The notes below the pieces were generated by a model. It saw only the letters and a program-made list of their open reading frames with translations. It did no database searches and was not told the origin of the DNA. A stretch of DNA of 64,000 bases from Ignavibacteria bacterium. Lineage in GTDB: Bacteria > Bacteroidota > Ignavibacteria > Tepidaquicellales > OLB5. This document shows positions 36,117-45,208 of this stretch, in pieces (the first letter of the stretch is position 1; each line of letters opens with the position of its first letter). The stretch covers positions 2,110 to 66,109 of the forward strand of contig JAUQWS010000134.1 of assembly GCA_030835025.1 (NCBI GenBank), written 5' to 3'. The position numbers and the translations under genes were made by a program.

Positions 36117-37040
36117 TCAGAAACTTGTGCCAAGCGTAATTGTGTGACTGCTGCCTAAGGAATATTTGTACGGTACAAATGCGTAATCAAGGTTGAACGC
36201 TTTGTATTTAAGTCCAAGTCCGGTTGTTATGCTTTTGTTTTCATAACCGGATTGATATCCAACTCTCAATGCAAGAAAATCTTTATACAATAGCTCAGCG
36301 CCTGTATTGGCGTGGAACTGACCGCCATCCATGACTTTGTAGCCGTCAGCTGCTATTAAAAGCCGCGAGCTGATCCCTATAAGGTCAAAATAATATGATG
36401 CACCGAATCGTACCGATGAAGGCAGCTTTGTTGACTCATTTTTCAGCTCGCTCATGCTGCCAAGGTTTGAAATACTTGCACCAACAGAAAGCTTATCCTT
36501 TACGTACAGCCCGCCAAGATCAATAGCCACACCGCTTGCATTATCTACATAAATTTTCTCGAAAAGGAATTTTCCGGTAACGCCTAGTGAAATCATTTCG
36601 TTCACTTTATAACCAACCGATAGCCCAAAAGCAAAATTCTGTGCTGTGAACTGCCCCTGCGATTCACCCGGTATTTCGCGTATCTGAATTTCATCAACAG
36701 ATGTATTATTAAGGCTGAACCCCAGCGCGAACTTGTTCATTTTGAACTTCCCTGCAAGGAACTCCGTGCGCACACCAAGCACCTGCTCATTATGCATGAA
36801 TACAAGGTTAGTCTTAGCGCCAAGGAACATTGCCGCGGGATTGTAATGCGTCGAAGACGCATCAAATGAGCTTGATACAACTGCTTCGCCAAGAGAAATC
36901 GATCTTGATGTTACACCAAGCTTAAGAAAAGCAAGTCCGGTATTGCCGGCACCGTCATTTTGAGCGTAGACAAACGATGCGAAAACCAGAAGAAAAAGAG
37001 CTGACTTAATGATCCTGTTCAATATATTTTTACCTGTCAA
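36117..37040 (-). CDS. PorV/PorQ-family outer-membrane beta-barrel
   Basis: Signal peptide. N-terminal LAFLKLGVTSRSISLGEAVV matches the PorV/PorQ hallmark (FL.I..dAR..aMG.a.va). Ends in an aromatic residue. Confidence 0.55.
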   Translation of the reverse strand: MTGKNILNRIIKSALFLLVFASFVYAQNDGAGNTGLAFLKLGVTSRSISLGEAVVSSSFDASSTHYNPAAMFLGAKTNLVFMHNEQVLGVRTEFLAGKFKMNKFALGFSLNNTSVDEIQIREIPGESQGQFTAQNFAFGLSVGYKVNEMISLGVTGKFLFEKIYVDNASGVAIDLGGLYVKDKLSVGASISNLGSMSELKNESTKLPSSVRFGASYYFDLIGISSRLLIAADGYKVMDGGQFHANTGAELLYKDFLALRVGYQSGYENKSITTGLGLKYKAFNLDYAFVPYKYSLGSSHTITLGTSF

Positions 37041-37071
37041 TTATCAATTCTGAAACTTACAAAAATAAAGA

Positions 37072-38043
37072 CTATTTTAACTTAAAAACAGCCGTTAATG
37101 TCTGGAACGGGTTGTGAGTATATGGTTCGATAACAAATGAATAATCTATTCCGACCACATAACTCTTAAATGTCTTCTGGTATCCTATGCCGAACATTGC
37201 GCGGGCTCCGCCCAGTATATCATCTGCACTGTAATTCAGCCTGTCAACACCTGCTCTGAAATTAATATCCTTTATGGGGCTTATCTCTGTTCCTACCCTG
37301 ATGATATTGGATTTCCTGTTGCTTGTTTCATAGTCAATCGAAACAATCCCGAAGTTATTCGGAAGCCGGTATGACACTCCAAGCGTATAAAGCAGCGGAA
37401 ATTTTTCTTTTGTCTGGTTACCGTACTGGCCGTAAAGATCTGTTGTGTTCCATTCCTGCTTTGAATTGATATCTTTGACTGAAATACCAAAGTTCAGCTT
37501 TTCGCTTGCTTTATATACACCGCCCAGATCGAAGCCGAAAGATGTTGAGCTGACGCCTTCGTAAAGCTTTGAGTAATACAATTTGAATCCTACTCCCAGC
37601 GCTACCTGCGGAGATACCCTGATAGCCGGCGCAAACAGGAAAGCATTATCGCTGGTAGAAAGCTCGCCAATTGAAAACCCGTCAATATCCCTTCCGTCTA
37701 TCTTTCCCACCCCGGCATTTATCCATGCAAAAGTGATTCCCGCTCCGCCTTCTGTTTGGTTTGGGAGCTTGAAATTCTTTGTGTAGCTTACAAAGTTCAG
37801 GCTTCTATCCAGTGAAAGGAACGAATAGCTCAGGTTGATAAGATGGTCATCCTGGAAAGATGACAGTGCCGGGTTATAAAGTCCGCTCAGATCACCGGTC
37901 GTTACGGATGTCATTGCATTACCCATCGATATTCCCCTCGCGTTGAATCCCATGCGTGTAAATGCGCCGGGCAAGCCCCCAAGCTGTGCGAATGATTGTG
38001 AATAAAGGACTAATATTATTGCTGCTGTTTTTATGATCTTCAT
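37072..38043 (-). CDS. PorV/PorQ-family outer-membrane beta-barrel (second, divergent copy)
   Basis: Signal peptide; contains GAFTRMGFNARGISMGNAMTSV; beta-barrel pattern. Confidence 0.55.
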   Translation of the reverse strand: MKIIKTAAIILVLYSQSFAQLGGLPGAFTRMGFNARGISMGNAMTSVTTGDLSGLYNPALSSFQDDHLINLSYSFLSLDRSLNFVSYTKNFKLPNQTEGGAGITFAWINAGVGKIDGRDIDGFSIGELSTSDNAFLFAPAIRVSPQVALGVGFKLYYSKLYEGVSSTSFGFDLGGVYKASEKLNFGISVKDINSKQEWNTTDLYGQYGNQTKEKFPLLYTLGVSYRLPNNFGIVSIDYETSNRKSNIIRVGTEISPIKDINFRAGVDRLNYSADDILGGARAMFGIGYQKTFKSYVVGIDYSFVIEPYTHNPFQTLTAVFKLK

Positions 38044-38046
38044 AAT

Positions 38047-38412
38047 CTACTTTTTTACTATTACCAGCTCATTTTCATCAAGCTTTTTGGAAAGCTTCTC
38101 GGAATTCCTGAGCTCAAGCTCATATTTGCTCCCGCCAAACTCAAACGGAAGCGGGTCTATTACTCCCGTGCCCGATGACCAGCTTATGGTTTTGGTTTCA
38201 TTGCCGCCAATTAATTTAAAATCATAATAGCGGAAAGTAAAACTGTTACCGTTTGGAAATTCTTTTTTCTCGCTGCGCTCTCCATTATACTCAAGCGTGA
38301 AATCCGGGAACTTCAATGCCTCACCCTTTGAAAACGTAACTACAGAATCGTAATTTACATCTCCGCCCTTAGCAGAGCAGAAGAAGCTTATAAAAACCAG
38401 GGGAATCAACAT
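38047..38412 (-). CDS. Small hypothetical exported protein/lipoprotein
   Basis: The Met31 start (MLIPLVFISFFCSAKGG) removes the overlap with the upstream gene. No family recognised. Confidence 0.45.
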   Translation of the reverse strand: MLIPLVFISFFCSAKGGDVNYDSVVTFSKGEALKFPDFTLEYNGERSEKKEFPNGNSFTFRYYDFKLIGGNETKTISWSSGTGVIDPLPFEFGGSKYELELRNSEKLSKKLDENELVIVKK

Positions 38413-38429
38413 TATTGTTTTCAAATTTT

Positions 38430-39149
38430 TCAAAAGTCCCGTATCCTTAAAACCGGAGATACACTTATATTTATTGATGTTTCTGATACTTCTTTTTTCC
38501 ATAGTGAAAACTTTGAACCTATGGTCAGCTCCGTCATAAAGCTCAGTATTCCTGTTTCCCAGAATACTCCGACTCCTGCAACCGGACCCGCCGCAAATCT
38601 GCGGTAAGACGTTTCTGTTATCACCGTTTCGTTTTCATCTTCATCTACAAATCTGTTTTTGACCGGCTGAGCCGAGAAGGTCACTCCCCCAACGAAATAT
38701 ATCGGGTCATCTTTTCTGTTGTCGTTCACAAAATAATTCGCTCTTAAAGTCAGCTCATGCGCTTTATACTCACTTGCTACGTGAGTATAAAATCTATCGG
38801 TCATTGTAGTTTTCCACACTTCAGATCTTGAATAACTCAGCCCGTTCATGTATTCATACGTAAGATCAAAATACAGCCTGTTGCTGTACTCATATCCGAT
38901 TCCCGCAAGCAGAACATCAGACCATCCTGCAGGATAAACTGTTGCGCTTGCGTTTCTTTTGGAAGTACTTTTGGAAACGTAAGCCGATGATGAGCGGTAT
39001 GAATGGTCATACCCGAACCTGATGAACAATTTCCCTTCATTTGTTGAAGATAATTTGTCTTCGTGGATCTGTGATACCAACAAGCCTGTGAGAAAGAACG
39101 ATAATACTACTGCCAAACCAAAGGGTTTCATAGCAATTCTCCTATGCAA
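38430..39149 (-). CDS. Hypothetical outer-membrane beta-barrel protein
   Basis: Signal peptide, alternating strand pattern and a C-terminal F. No family recognised. Confidence 0.45.
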   Translation of the reverse strand: MHRRIAMKPFGLAVVLSFFLTGLLVSQIHEDKLSSTNEGKLFIRFGYDHSYRSSSAYVSKSTSKRNASATVYPAGWSDVLLAGIGYEYSNRLYFDLTYEYMNGLSYSRSEVWKTTMTDRFYTHVASEYKAHELTLRANYFVNDNRKDDPIYFVGGVTFSAQPVKNRFVDEDENETVITETSYRRFAAGPVAGVGVFWETGILSFMTELTIGSKFSLWKKEVSETSINISVSPVLRIRDF

Positions 39150-39211
39150 TATTTAGGTTTAAAAAAGCAGTATAGTTTCCGGCTTGTTCTCCTTTATTCA
39201 CTCATCAATTT

Positions 39212-40879
39212 TTACTGCAATACAAGTATCTTGCCCCAAACGGTCTCGTCCTTATCTATTTCTATCCTGTAGAAATAAACGCCGTTTGCGACCTGAGAAC
39301 CGTCATCACGCATTCCGTCCCATGTTGCCCAGATTACATCGCCCGAAGTGCGGTTTGCATTCTGTATGACTGTACGCACGGGGAACATTGCAAAGTCAAA
39401 AATCTTTATCGTTACGTTTGAAGATGTTTTGCCCGTCTTAAAATATATTCTGCAGACCTCATCATCGGGCGAGAACGGATTCGGTGCTGCGTATGATTCA
39501 TTGGTCGCAGAAATATTCCGGTATGCCCGGAAAATTTTCCATTTGCCGACCCACGGACTCGTTAGCGTATCAACAGTTCTTGCAAGCCCGTCGCCGCTGC
39601 CAACCCAAACTGAATCACCTTGCGAATTAACGGAATAGAACAGATCAGTTCTTATCTGGTCGCGAATCTGCTCATCATAAATTATTGAAGGCTTTGACCA
39701 GCCGAAGTTTGGAGGTGTAAAGTAACTCCTCCATACGCCATAATCTGTTGCTGCATAAACTATAGAATCTTTAAAACCTACGTTATGAGAAAACAAGCCT
39801 TCTTCAAGGGTATTTGCCCACGTTAGTCCTGAATTAGTGGTATAGCTCAAGCCACTGAACTGGCCCGCGTTATTTGTTTCACCTTCACCCGGGTTTGTTG
39901 CTGCCCAAAGGATTTCTTTTCCTGCGTATCTCTGGACTTTCATACCGACAACAAAATTTCCCGAAATTCCTGTGCCTGAACCCGTATTACCATAACGGTA
40001 TTTCCTCCAGCTTACTCCCCAGTCAGCAGAAATATTAATACCTGCAGAAGTACCGGCGATTATTGTCGAATCATTCAATGCTGCAAGTGAAAATCCCTTA
40101 TGATTTCCGTTATCTCTGGGATTGTATTCAAATGAATACGTTCCTCCGGGGTAAATGCTGTCAAGGATATCAGGAGGGGTAACTACTCTTTGAAAAGTCG
40201 AACCGTAATCTACTGATCTTCTGATTCCACCTGCCCATGACGCTATCCATATCACAATTGAATCTGATGTCGTGTTCTTTTTTGTAATAAGAATGTCATA
40301 AGATAAATTCTGCTCATCAACTACTATTGCAAGAGCCGGTATCAGGTTATTGCCGTAGCGGATAAATGTACCAGATGCACTATCCAGGGGTTCCTTTGGC
40401 TGGGGATACGCAGACCACGTTACACCGTAATCTGACGATACTTTTATACCCGAGCCTGTAGGAACAAATTCACCATCTATTTCCTGCGAATAAGCTGTTG
40501 CCACCACTACCCAATTTTTATAGACTGCCAGCCCTGATACATCATCTTCGCCGAAAGGCTGAGTTCCATAGAAATTCTCAAAGCTAATCCCGCGATTTAC
40601 CGTCCTTGATATTCCCTTGCCTGTACCGAACCAAATCGTATCGCCGTTCGGGTGGCTTACGGTAATAATATCAGAAATGAAGTTCGATATAATTGTTTGT
40701 GAAGATTGAGGGATTACAGAAAATCTGCCAATCTGCTTATTTGGATCATCAGTTATCTGTACCTGTTTGAACTTATTATATTGGTTTTTATCGATCTTAA
40801 AATCTTTGGGAGCGACCTGTGAGAACAAAGTCCCCGAAAGAATAATTAATATGATTAATATTTTCTTCATTTCTATCAT
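39212..40879 (-). CDS. BNR/Asp-box beta-propeller protein with FlgD-Ig/T9SS-type C-terminal sorting domain
   Basis: Repeated S.D.G.tW boxes (SSDYGVTWS, SVDYGSTFQ, SADWGVSWR, TTNSGLTWA). C-terminus APNPFSPDD...NGVYFYRIEI...KILVLQ. Confidence 0.7.
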   Translation of the reverse strand: MIEMKKILIILIILSGTLFSQVAPKDFKIDKNQYNKFKQVQITDDPNKQIGRFSVIPQSSQTIISNFISDIITVSHPNGDTIWFGTGKGISRTVNRGISFENFYGTQPFGEDDVSGLAVYKNWVVVATAYSQEIDGEFVPTGSGIKVSSDYGVTWSAYPQPKEPLDSASGTFIRYGNNLIPALAIVVDEQNLSYDILITKKNTTSDSIVIWIASWAGGIRRSVDYGSTFQRVVTPPDILDSIYPGGTYSFEYNPRDNGNHKGFSLAALNDSTIIAGTSAGINISADWGVSWRKYRYGNTGSGTGISGNFVVGMKVQRYAGKEILWAATNPGEGETNNAGQFSGLSYTTNSGLTWANTLEEGLFSHNVGFKDSIVYAATDYGVWRSYFTPPNFGWSKPSIIYDEQIRDQIRTDLFYSVNSQGDSVWVGSGDGLARTVDTLTSPWVGKWKIFRAYRNISATNESYAAPNPFSPDDEVCRIYFKTGKTSSNVTIKIFDFAMFPVRTVIQNANRTSGDVIWATWDGMRDDGSQVANGVYFYRIEIDKDETVWGKILVLQ

Positions 40880-40882
40880 TTT

Positions 40883-41665
40883 CTAAGGATATATGTAAAT
40901 TGAATCGGCTAATACATTACTCGTATCTCCGGATCTGTCGATAGCTTTCAAGTAATATCTATAGTATCCAAGCTGAGTCGGGCCGCCAAAAAATTTTCTT
41001 GTATATTTAGTATCGTTTGCCGTTGTATCTCCGCTTGGAAGGCCGGTATTTTCAACCTGGCAGCAACTTCCGTCATCATACAGATTCACAGGAGTCAGAT
41101 TTGTATTGTCAGGTCTTAGACCCGTATAAAATACTTTCAGTATGTCACACTGACCATTGGGGTCAGTTGCAGTGATCATGAAAATAAAAAAGGTTGAATC
41201 TGTTAACTGCAGACTATCCGGAGTAATTACAAGATTTGAAACTAACGGGGGCTGGTTATTTGGATTAGACACCTGAAAATTCCTATTAATAATACTGCTA
41301 TTCAATCCTGAAACCGTAGTTGCCACAAACTCTATCTTGTAACCGCCTATAAACCAGCATGGCAGGATCGTATCTAAATTTCGGAAATAAGATTGTCCTT
41401 CCTGAATTAAATTCACAGTCGCAAAAGTATTACCGTCCGGATCAACAAATCTGGCAGTAACAGATCCGATAGGATCGATCGAGGTCACATACGCCCTCAG
41501 ATTAATGTTGATTCTGGAAGTATCAAAAGCGGTTGGAGTAACAAAGACTGAATCGAGTACGGGAAAATTTAATATCGGGTCAACAATAGTGGAGTCTTCC
41601 TTTTCACAGGAATACATAAGTATTCCAAGAAATAAAGGAATCAGAAAATATTTCAGTTTTTGCAA
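40883..41665 (-). CDS. Hypothetical lipoprotein with Ig-like modules
   Basis: Lipobox GILMYSCE. Two beta-sandwich-like halves. Lies 3 nt downstream of the propeller gene. Confidence 0.5.
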   Translation of the reverse strand: MQKLKYFLIPLFLGILMYSCEKEDSTIVDPILNFPVLDSVFVTPTAFDTSRININLRAYVTSIDPIGSVTARFVDPDGNTFATVNLIQEGQSYFRNLDTILPCWFIGGYKIEFVATTVSGLNSSIINRNFQVSNPNNQPPLVSNLVITPDSLQLTDSTFFIFMITATDPNGQCDILKVFYTGLRPDNTNLTPVNLYDDGSCCQVENTGLPSGDTTANDTKYTRKFFGGPTQLGYYRYYLKAIDRSGDTSNVLADSIYIYP

Positions 41666-41826
41666 TCTTCGGAATTTTAGTTTAACAACAAATTTGTAGA
41701 GATTTCGATAGGCTAAATTCAGGTATTATTGCGAGATTTTCAATGGATTTTGATGTTCTTAAGAGCAAATATAAGGTATATATCCAAAAAAGCAAGTTTA
41801 TTTTTATTCAGTTTCCTGATAATACC

Positions 41827-41900
41827 GTGTCATTCTGAACCACACTTCAGTGTGGTGAACCGTTGTCTCATTCTGAAGCCTCGCTTTAACAGAATGACAC
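41827..41900. repeat. Composite REP-like element: outer stem gtgtcattctg/cagaatgacac, inner hairpin ccacac-ttca-gtgtgg, and a duplicated tcattctgaa half-site
   Basis: Read directly. The arm is related to the palindrome at 12436-12475. Confidence 0.7.
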
Positions 41901-41904
41901 AGCC

Positions 41905-42654
41905 TCAAAACTCAAACAATAGTCCGTTTGTAAGGTAATATGTAACTTCAGGCACACCGGGGAAAGGTCTTGTATCGTATCTGTATGTAAACCCTGTTTT
42001 AAAATTCAGGTCCTCGAATATCTCAAAAAGCAGGTCTGATTGTGAACTTATTCTGTAATCCTTCAAGTCCTTCATATTCGGCTGGTAATAAGTAGTGTTG
42101 CTAAGCTCTATCTTGCCAATATCAAGAGTAAAGCTTAAGTAACTGCTTGTACGGTGATTCCGCTCAATTATGGTTTTATCAACGGACTCCTGGTATTCAA
42201 ACATATATAATGTTGCTGCGTAGCATCTGAATTTATCTGAATCATATATTTTAAATCTTGGACCTGTTCCTGCGAGTCCCCTGACACCGACTTCGAGCGC
42301 TTTATTATACTGGAACTGCACAAACGCTTCCCACCTCAGAAATTCCTTTGTTACTTTTTGATTATACCTCACGTGGGCAAATCCGGCATTGACAAACTCA
42401 GTGCCTGCGCCTTTTATCAGCCGGTATTCATTAAGGAAAAGCCAGAGTGTATTTATGCCTTTATACTGAAAATGTAATTTCCCTCCAAGGTCATATATCT
42501 CCTCAGTGGTTTTGGATAGCTGAAAGTTCGCTTCCGCTGAGCCTGACCAGCCCGTTGTATCGCTTCTCATTCTTTTTGATTCAATATTAACAACCTGTGC
42601 AGAAATGTAATTCACACTTAAAAGCACAAACAGGACAAGATATTTCATTTTCAA
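41905..42654 (-). CDS. DUF481-like outer-membrane protein
   Basis: Signal peptide. DTTGWSG..E.NF, GFAHVRYNQK and a terminal F resemble Bacteroidota DUF481 (YdiY-like) barrels, recalled from memory. Confidence 0.45.
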   Translation of the reverse strand: MKMKYLVLFVLLSVNYISAQVVNIESKRMRSDTTGWSGSAEANFQLSKTTEEIYDLGGKLHFQYKGINTLWLFLNEYRLIKGAGTEFVNAGFAHVRYNQKVTKEFLRWEAFVQFQYNKALEVGVRGLAGTGPRFKIYDSDKFRCYAATLYMFEYQESVDKTIIERNHRTSSYLSFTLDIGKIELSNTTYYQPNMKDLKDYRISSQSDLLFEIFEDLNFKTGFTYRYDTRPFPGVPEVTYYLTNGLLFEF

Positions 42655-42667
42655 TAAATTAATTCAG

Positions 42668-42675
42668 CAAATTTA
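42668..42675 (-). promoter_or_regulatory. -7 box TAAATTTG upstream of the DUF481-like gene
   Basis: TAnnTTTG match on the minus strand, 14 nt upstream of the ATG at 42654. Confidence 0.35.
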
Positions 42676-42782
42676 GCTACAATCCCCCTAATACTCAAAG
42701 GAAATTAATTCCCAATTGTTTCTGTAGGCAGTAACTATATCTGTAATCAAATGATGGCTTTGATTTGGGTTGGGATTGTTTG

Positions 42783-42790
42783 TAATTTTG
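42783..42790 (+). promoter_or_regulatory. -7 box TAATTTTG upstream of the acyl-CoA ligase gene
   Basis: TAnnTTTG match 17 nt upstream of the ATG at 42807. Confidence 0.4.
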
Positions 42791-42806
42791 TATCACACAA
42801 AGGGCT

Positions 42807-44618
42807 ATGGAAAACAATTACACAAATTTTTCGGAATTCTTTCAGTTCATCACGCGCCAATATGGCAATGGACCGCTTTTATCCTGGCGCAGAAATGAAA
42901 AGAACGCAAGCGGAAGCTATGACTACGACGACCTTACAGGGAATAAGCTGAAGGAACTTGTTTACAGACTGGTTAGATCAATGGAATCCTTTGATCTCAA
43001 AAAAGGCGATAAGGCTGCAATCATATCTGAAAGCAGGTTTGAATGGGTGGTTGCTGATTTTGCCTGTATATCCAAAGGGATCATAACGGTCCCCGTTTAT
43101 ACTACAATGACATCAGAGCAGATCCGCTTTATTCTGGATCACTCCGACTGTAAATTGTGCTTCGTATCAAATAAGATGCTTGCAGAAAAAGTGAATGCAG
43201 TATTCAGCGAGCTTCCCAAACTGCAAAAGATAATATCTTTTAATAAGCTCGATGCAGCTGGAAAGCACGTAATAAGCTTCGAAGAACTCCTTTACGAAGA
43301 ACTGATTCACGAAAAAGAGCCTTACGATCCCGCGCGGGCTGAGGAGTTGTTCAGTTTATCATCAAAAAAAGCCGCTCCGGAAGATATCCTGACAATCATA
43401 TATACATCAGGAACAACAGGCACACCCAAAGGAGTTTGCCTTACGCATAAGAATGTACTCACCAACATAAAACAGTGCACAGATTCTTTTCCGGTGCTCC
43501 CCGAAGACCGCTTTCTTTCATTCCTTCCGCTTGCACATACATACGAGAGAACCGGCGGATATTATGTGGCTCTATCTAAAGGCTCAAGAATATTTTATGC
43601 GCAGAGCATTGAAACGCTCAGCACTCAGATGACAGAAGTTAAGCCCACCCTGGTTCTGGCTGTTCCGGTTTTGTTCAATAAGATAAGAAGCAGAATATTA
43701 AAGAATATTGATTCTCTCCCCGTACTAAGGCGTGTGATAGCAAAAAGAGCCCTGAAGACCGGAATGAAACACAGAGTTAACAAGGATCACTTCATGTGGA
43801 AGCTTGCCGATAGAAAAGTCTTTGCAGAAATCCGCGCTAAAACCGGCGGAGCAGTGAAATTCTTTATTTCAGGCGGCTCTGCTCTTAACAAAGAAGTAGC
43901 GGAGTTCTTTGATTCGGTGGGACTGCTTGTGCTGCAGGGTTACGGAATGACAGAAGCTTCGCCTGTAATATCCGTGAACAGGCTTGAAGGCAGAAACCGG
44001 TTTGGTACAGTTGGGCTGCCGCTTGAAGGACTTGAAGTGAAGCTGGCCGGGGATGGTGAGATACTTGTTCGCGGAGAGAATGTAATGGCAGGATATTATC
44101 ATAATGAAAAAGACACAAATGAAATGATCGTTAACAACTGGCTGCATACTGGTGATATAGGCGCGTTTGATAAAGAAGGATATTTGAAAATAACCGACAG
44201 GAAGAAGACACTTATTAAAACTTCTGCGGGAAAATATATTTCATTAACCCATATCGAAGAAACTCTTGAAGGTTCTGATTACATTGACCAGGCGATTTCT
44301 TTTGCATCTGATGAGAAACATTTTGTAAGTGCACTTATTGTTCCGAATCCGGAAAAGCTTGAAGAAACTGCGCATAAACTCGGAGTGAAATACACAAACA
44401 TCTCCGAGCTCGTTGAAAATGACTCAATAAACAATTTTTATGAATCAGAGATTGATATGGTTCAGAAGCCGCTTGCAAAGTATGAGCGGGTGCGGAAAAT
44501 TGCTCTGCTTGAAAAACCGTTCACAATTGAAAGCGGCGAACTTACCCCAACCTTGAAGCTTAGAAGAAAGATCATTGAGCAAAGGTATGAAAGCTTAATT
44601 AACAGCTTTTATAAGTGA
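42807..44618 (+). CDS. Long-chain fatty acid--CoA ligase (AMP-forming)
   Basis: 603 aa. AMP-binding motif IIYTSGTTGTPKGVCLTHKN, plus GYGMTE and TGDIG. Confidence 0.9.
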   Translation: MENNYTNFSEFFQFITRQYGNGPLLSWRRNEKNASGSYDYDDLTGNKLKELVYRLVRSMESFDLKKGDKAAIISESRFEWVVADFACISKGIITVPVYTTMTSEQIRFILDHSDCKLCFVSNKMLAEKVNAVFSELPKLQKIISFNKLDAAGKHVISFEELLYEELIHEKEPYDPARAEELFSLSSKKAAPEDILTIIYTSGTTGTPKGVCLTHKNVLTNIKQCTDSFPVLPEDRFLSFLPLAHTYERTGGYYVALSKGSRIFYAQSIETLSTQMTEVKPTLVLAVPVLFNKIRSRILKNIDSLPVLRRVIAKRALKTGMKHRVNKDHFMWKLADRKVFAEIRAKTGGAVKFFISGGSALNKEVAEFFDSVGLLVLQGYGMTEASPVISVNRLEGRNRFGTVGLPLEGLEVKLAGDGEILVRGENVMAGYYHNEKDTNEMIVNNWLHTGDIGAFDKEGYLKITDRKKTLIKTSAGKYISLTHIEETLEGSDYIDQAISFASDEKHFVSALIVPNPEKLEETAHKLGVKYTNISELVENDSINNFYESEIDMVQKPLAKYERVRKIALLEKPFTIESGELTPTLKLRRKIIEQRYESLINSFYK

Positions 44619-44684
44619 TTAACCGTTGTGTTCCCAATCCGGAGCTATTGCTGAATGTTAGTTTCAGAACTCGATTTTCAGTAG

Positions 44685-44763
44685 GACAGGCATTCCTGCC
44701 TGTCTGTAAACTCATGTTCAAGAGTTTTTTTCCCTTGTTCCCAAGCTCCAGCTTGGGAACAAG
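44685..44763. repeat. Two adjacent GC-rich palindromes: gacaggca-ttcc-tgcctgtc (44685-44704) and the 30-bp cttgttcccaagct-cc-agcttgggaacaag (44734-44763)
   Basis: Read directly. The second is the third copy of the 27.6-kb family. Confidence 0.75.
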
Positions 44764-44811
44764 AGTATAAAAGCGGCTCCAATTTGAATTTGAATAATCG
44801 CAAAAAATAAC

Positions 44812-44819
44812 TATTTTTG
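44812..44819 (+). promoter_or_regulatory. -7 box TATTTTTG immediately upstream of nuoA
   Basis: TAnnTTTG match ending 5 nt before the ATG at 44825 (near-leaderless geometry). Confidence 0.35.
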
Positions 44820-44824
44820 CTATT

Positions 44825-45193
44825 ATGCTGAATAATTACATTCCTATATTGATGATGATGGTCGGGGCAGCCGGATTTGCCGCCATCTGTGTCATAGTTT
44901 CAAGGATACTTGGGCCCAGAAAGCAAAATCCCGAAAAACTCTCAACTTACGAAAGCGGTGTTGAGCCATACGGAACCGCTCATTCCAAGTATTCTGTTAA
45001 GTATTATATGGCAGCTATGCTGTTCATACTTTTCGATATCGAAATAGTTTTTATGTATCCATGGGCTGTTACTTTCAGGAGCTTCCAGGGTTCAATGCTG
45101 ACATATGCTCTGGTTGAGATGTTCGTGTTTATCGGACTGCTGCTCATCGGTTATTTTTATATGCTGCGCAAAGGCGCATTGAAATGGAACTAA
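44825..45193 (+). CDS. nuoA: NADH-quinone oxidoreductase subunit A
   Basis: 122 aa with 3 TM helices; contains YESGVEP and FDIEIVF. Confidence 0.9.
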   Translation: MLNNYIPILMMMVGAAGFAAICVIVSRILGPRKQNPEKLSTYESGVEPYGTAHSKYSVKYYMAAMLFILFDIEIVFMYPWAVTFRSFQGSMLTYALVEMFVFIGLLLIGYFYMLRKGALKWN

Positions 45194-45208
45194 TATAATC
45201 AGAATTTT

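Noticed and set aside
38412-38502. N-terminal 30-codon extension of ORF 38047-38502, overlapping the upstream barrel gene.
   Set aside because: The internal Met31 begins a proper signal peptide and removes the 73-nt overlap. The extension (MEKRSIRNINKYKC..) looks non-coding.
41729-41938. 69-aa ORF (…IIPCHSEPHFSVVNRCLILKPRFNRMTQ…).
   Set aside because: It is a read-through of the TGTCATTCTGAA REP element. This is the typical spurious 'hypothetical protein' produced by such repeats.
25868-42654. Possible genomic island bounded by tRNA-Val/tRNA-Ser and carrying the polysaccharide and OM gene block.
   Set aside because: I saw no integrase, transposase, or direct repeat of a tRNA 3' end. The block lies on the 5' side of tRNA-Ser rather than its 3' end. 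Without composition statistics I cannot support an island call.
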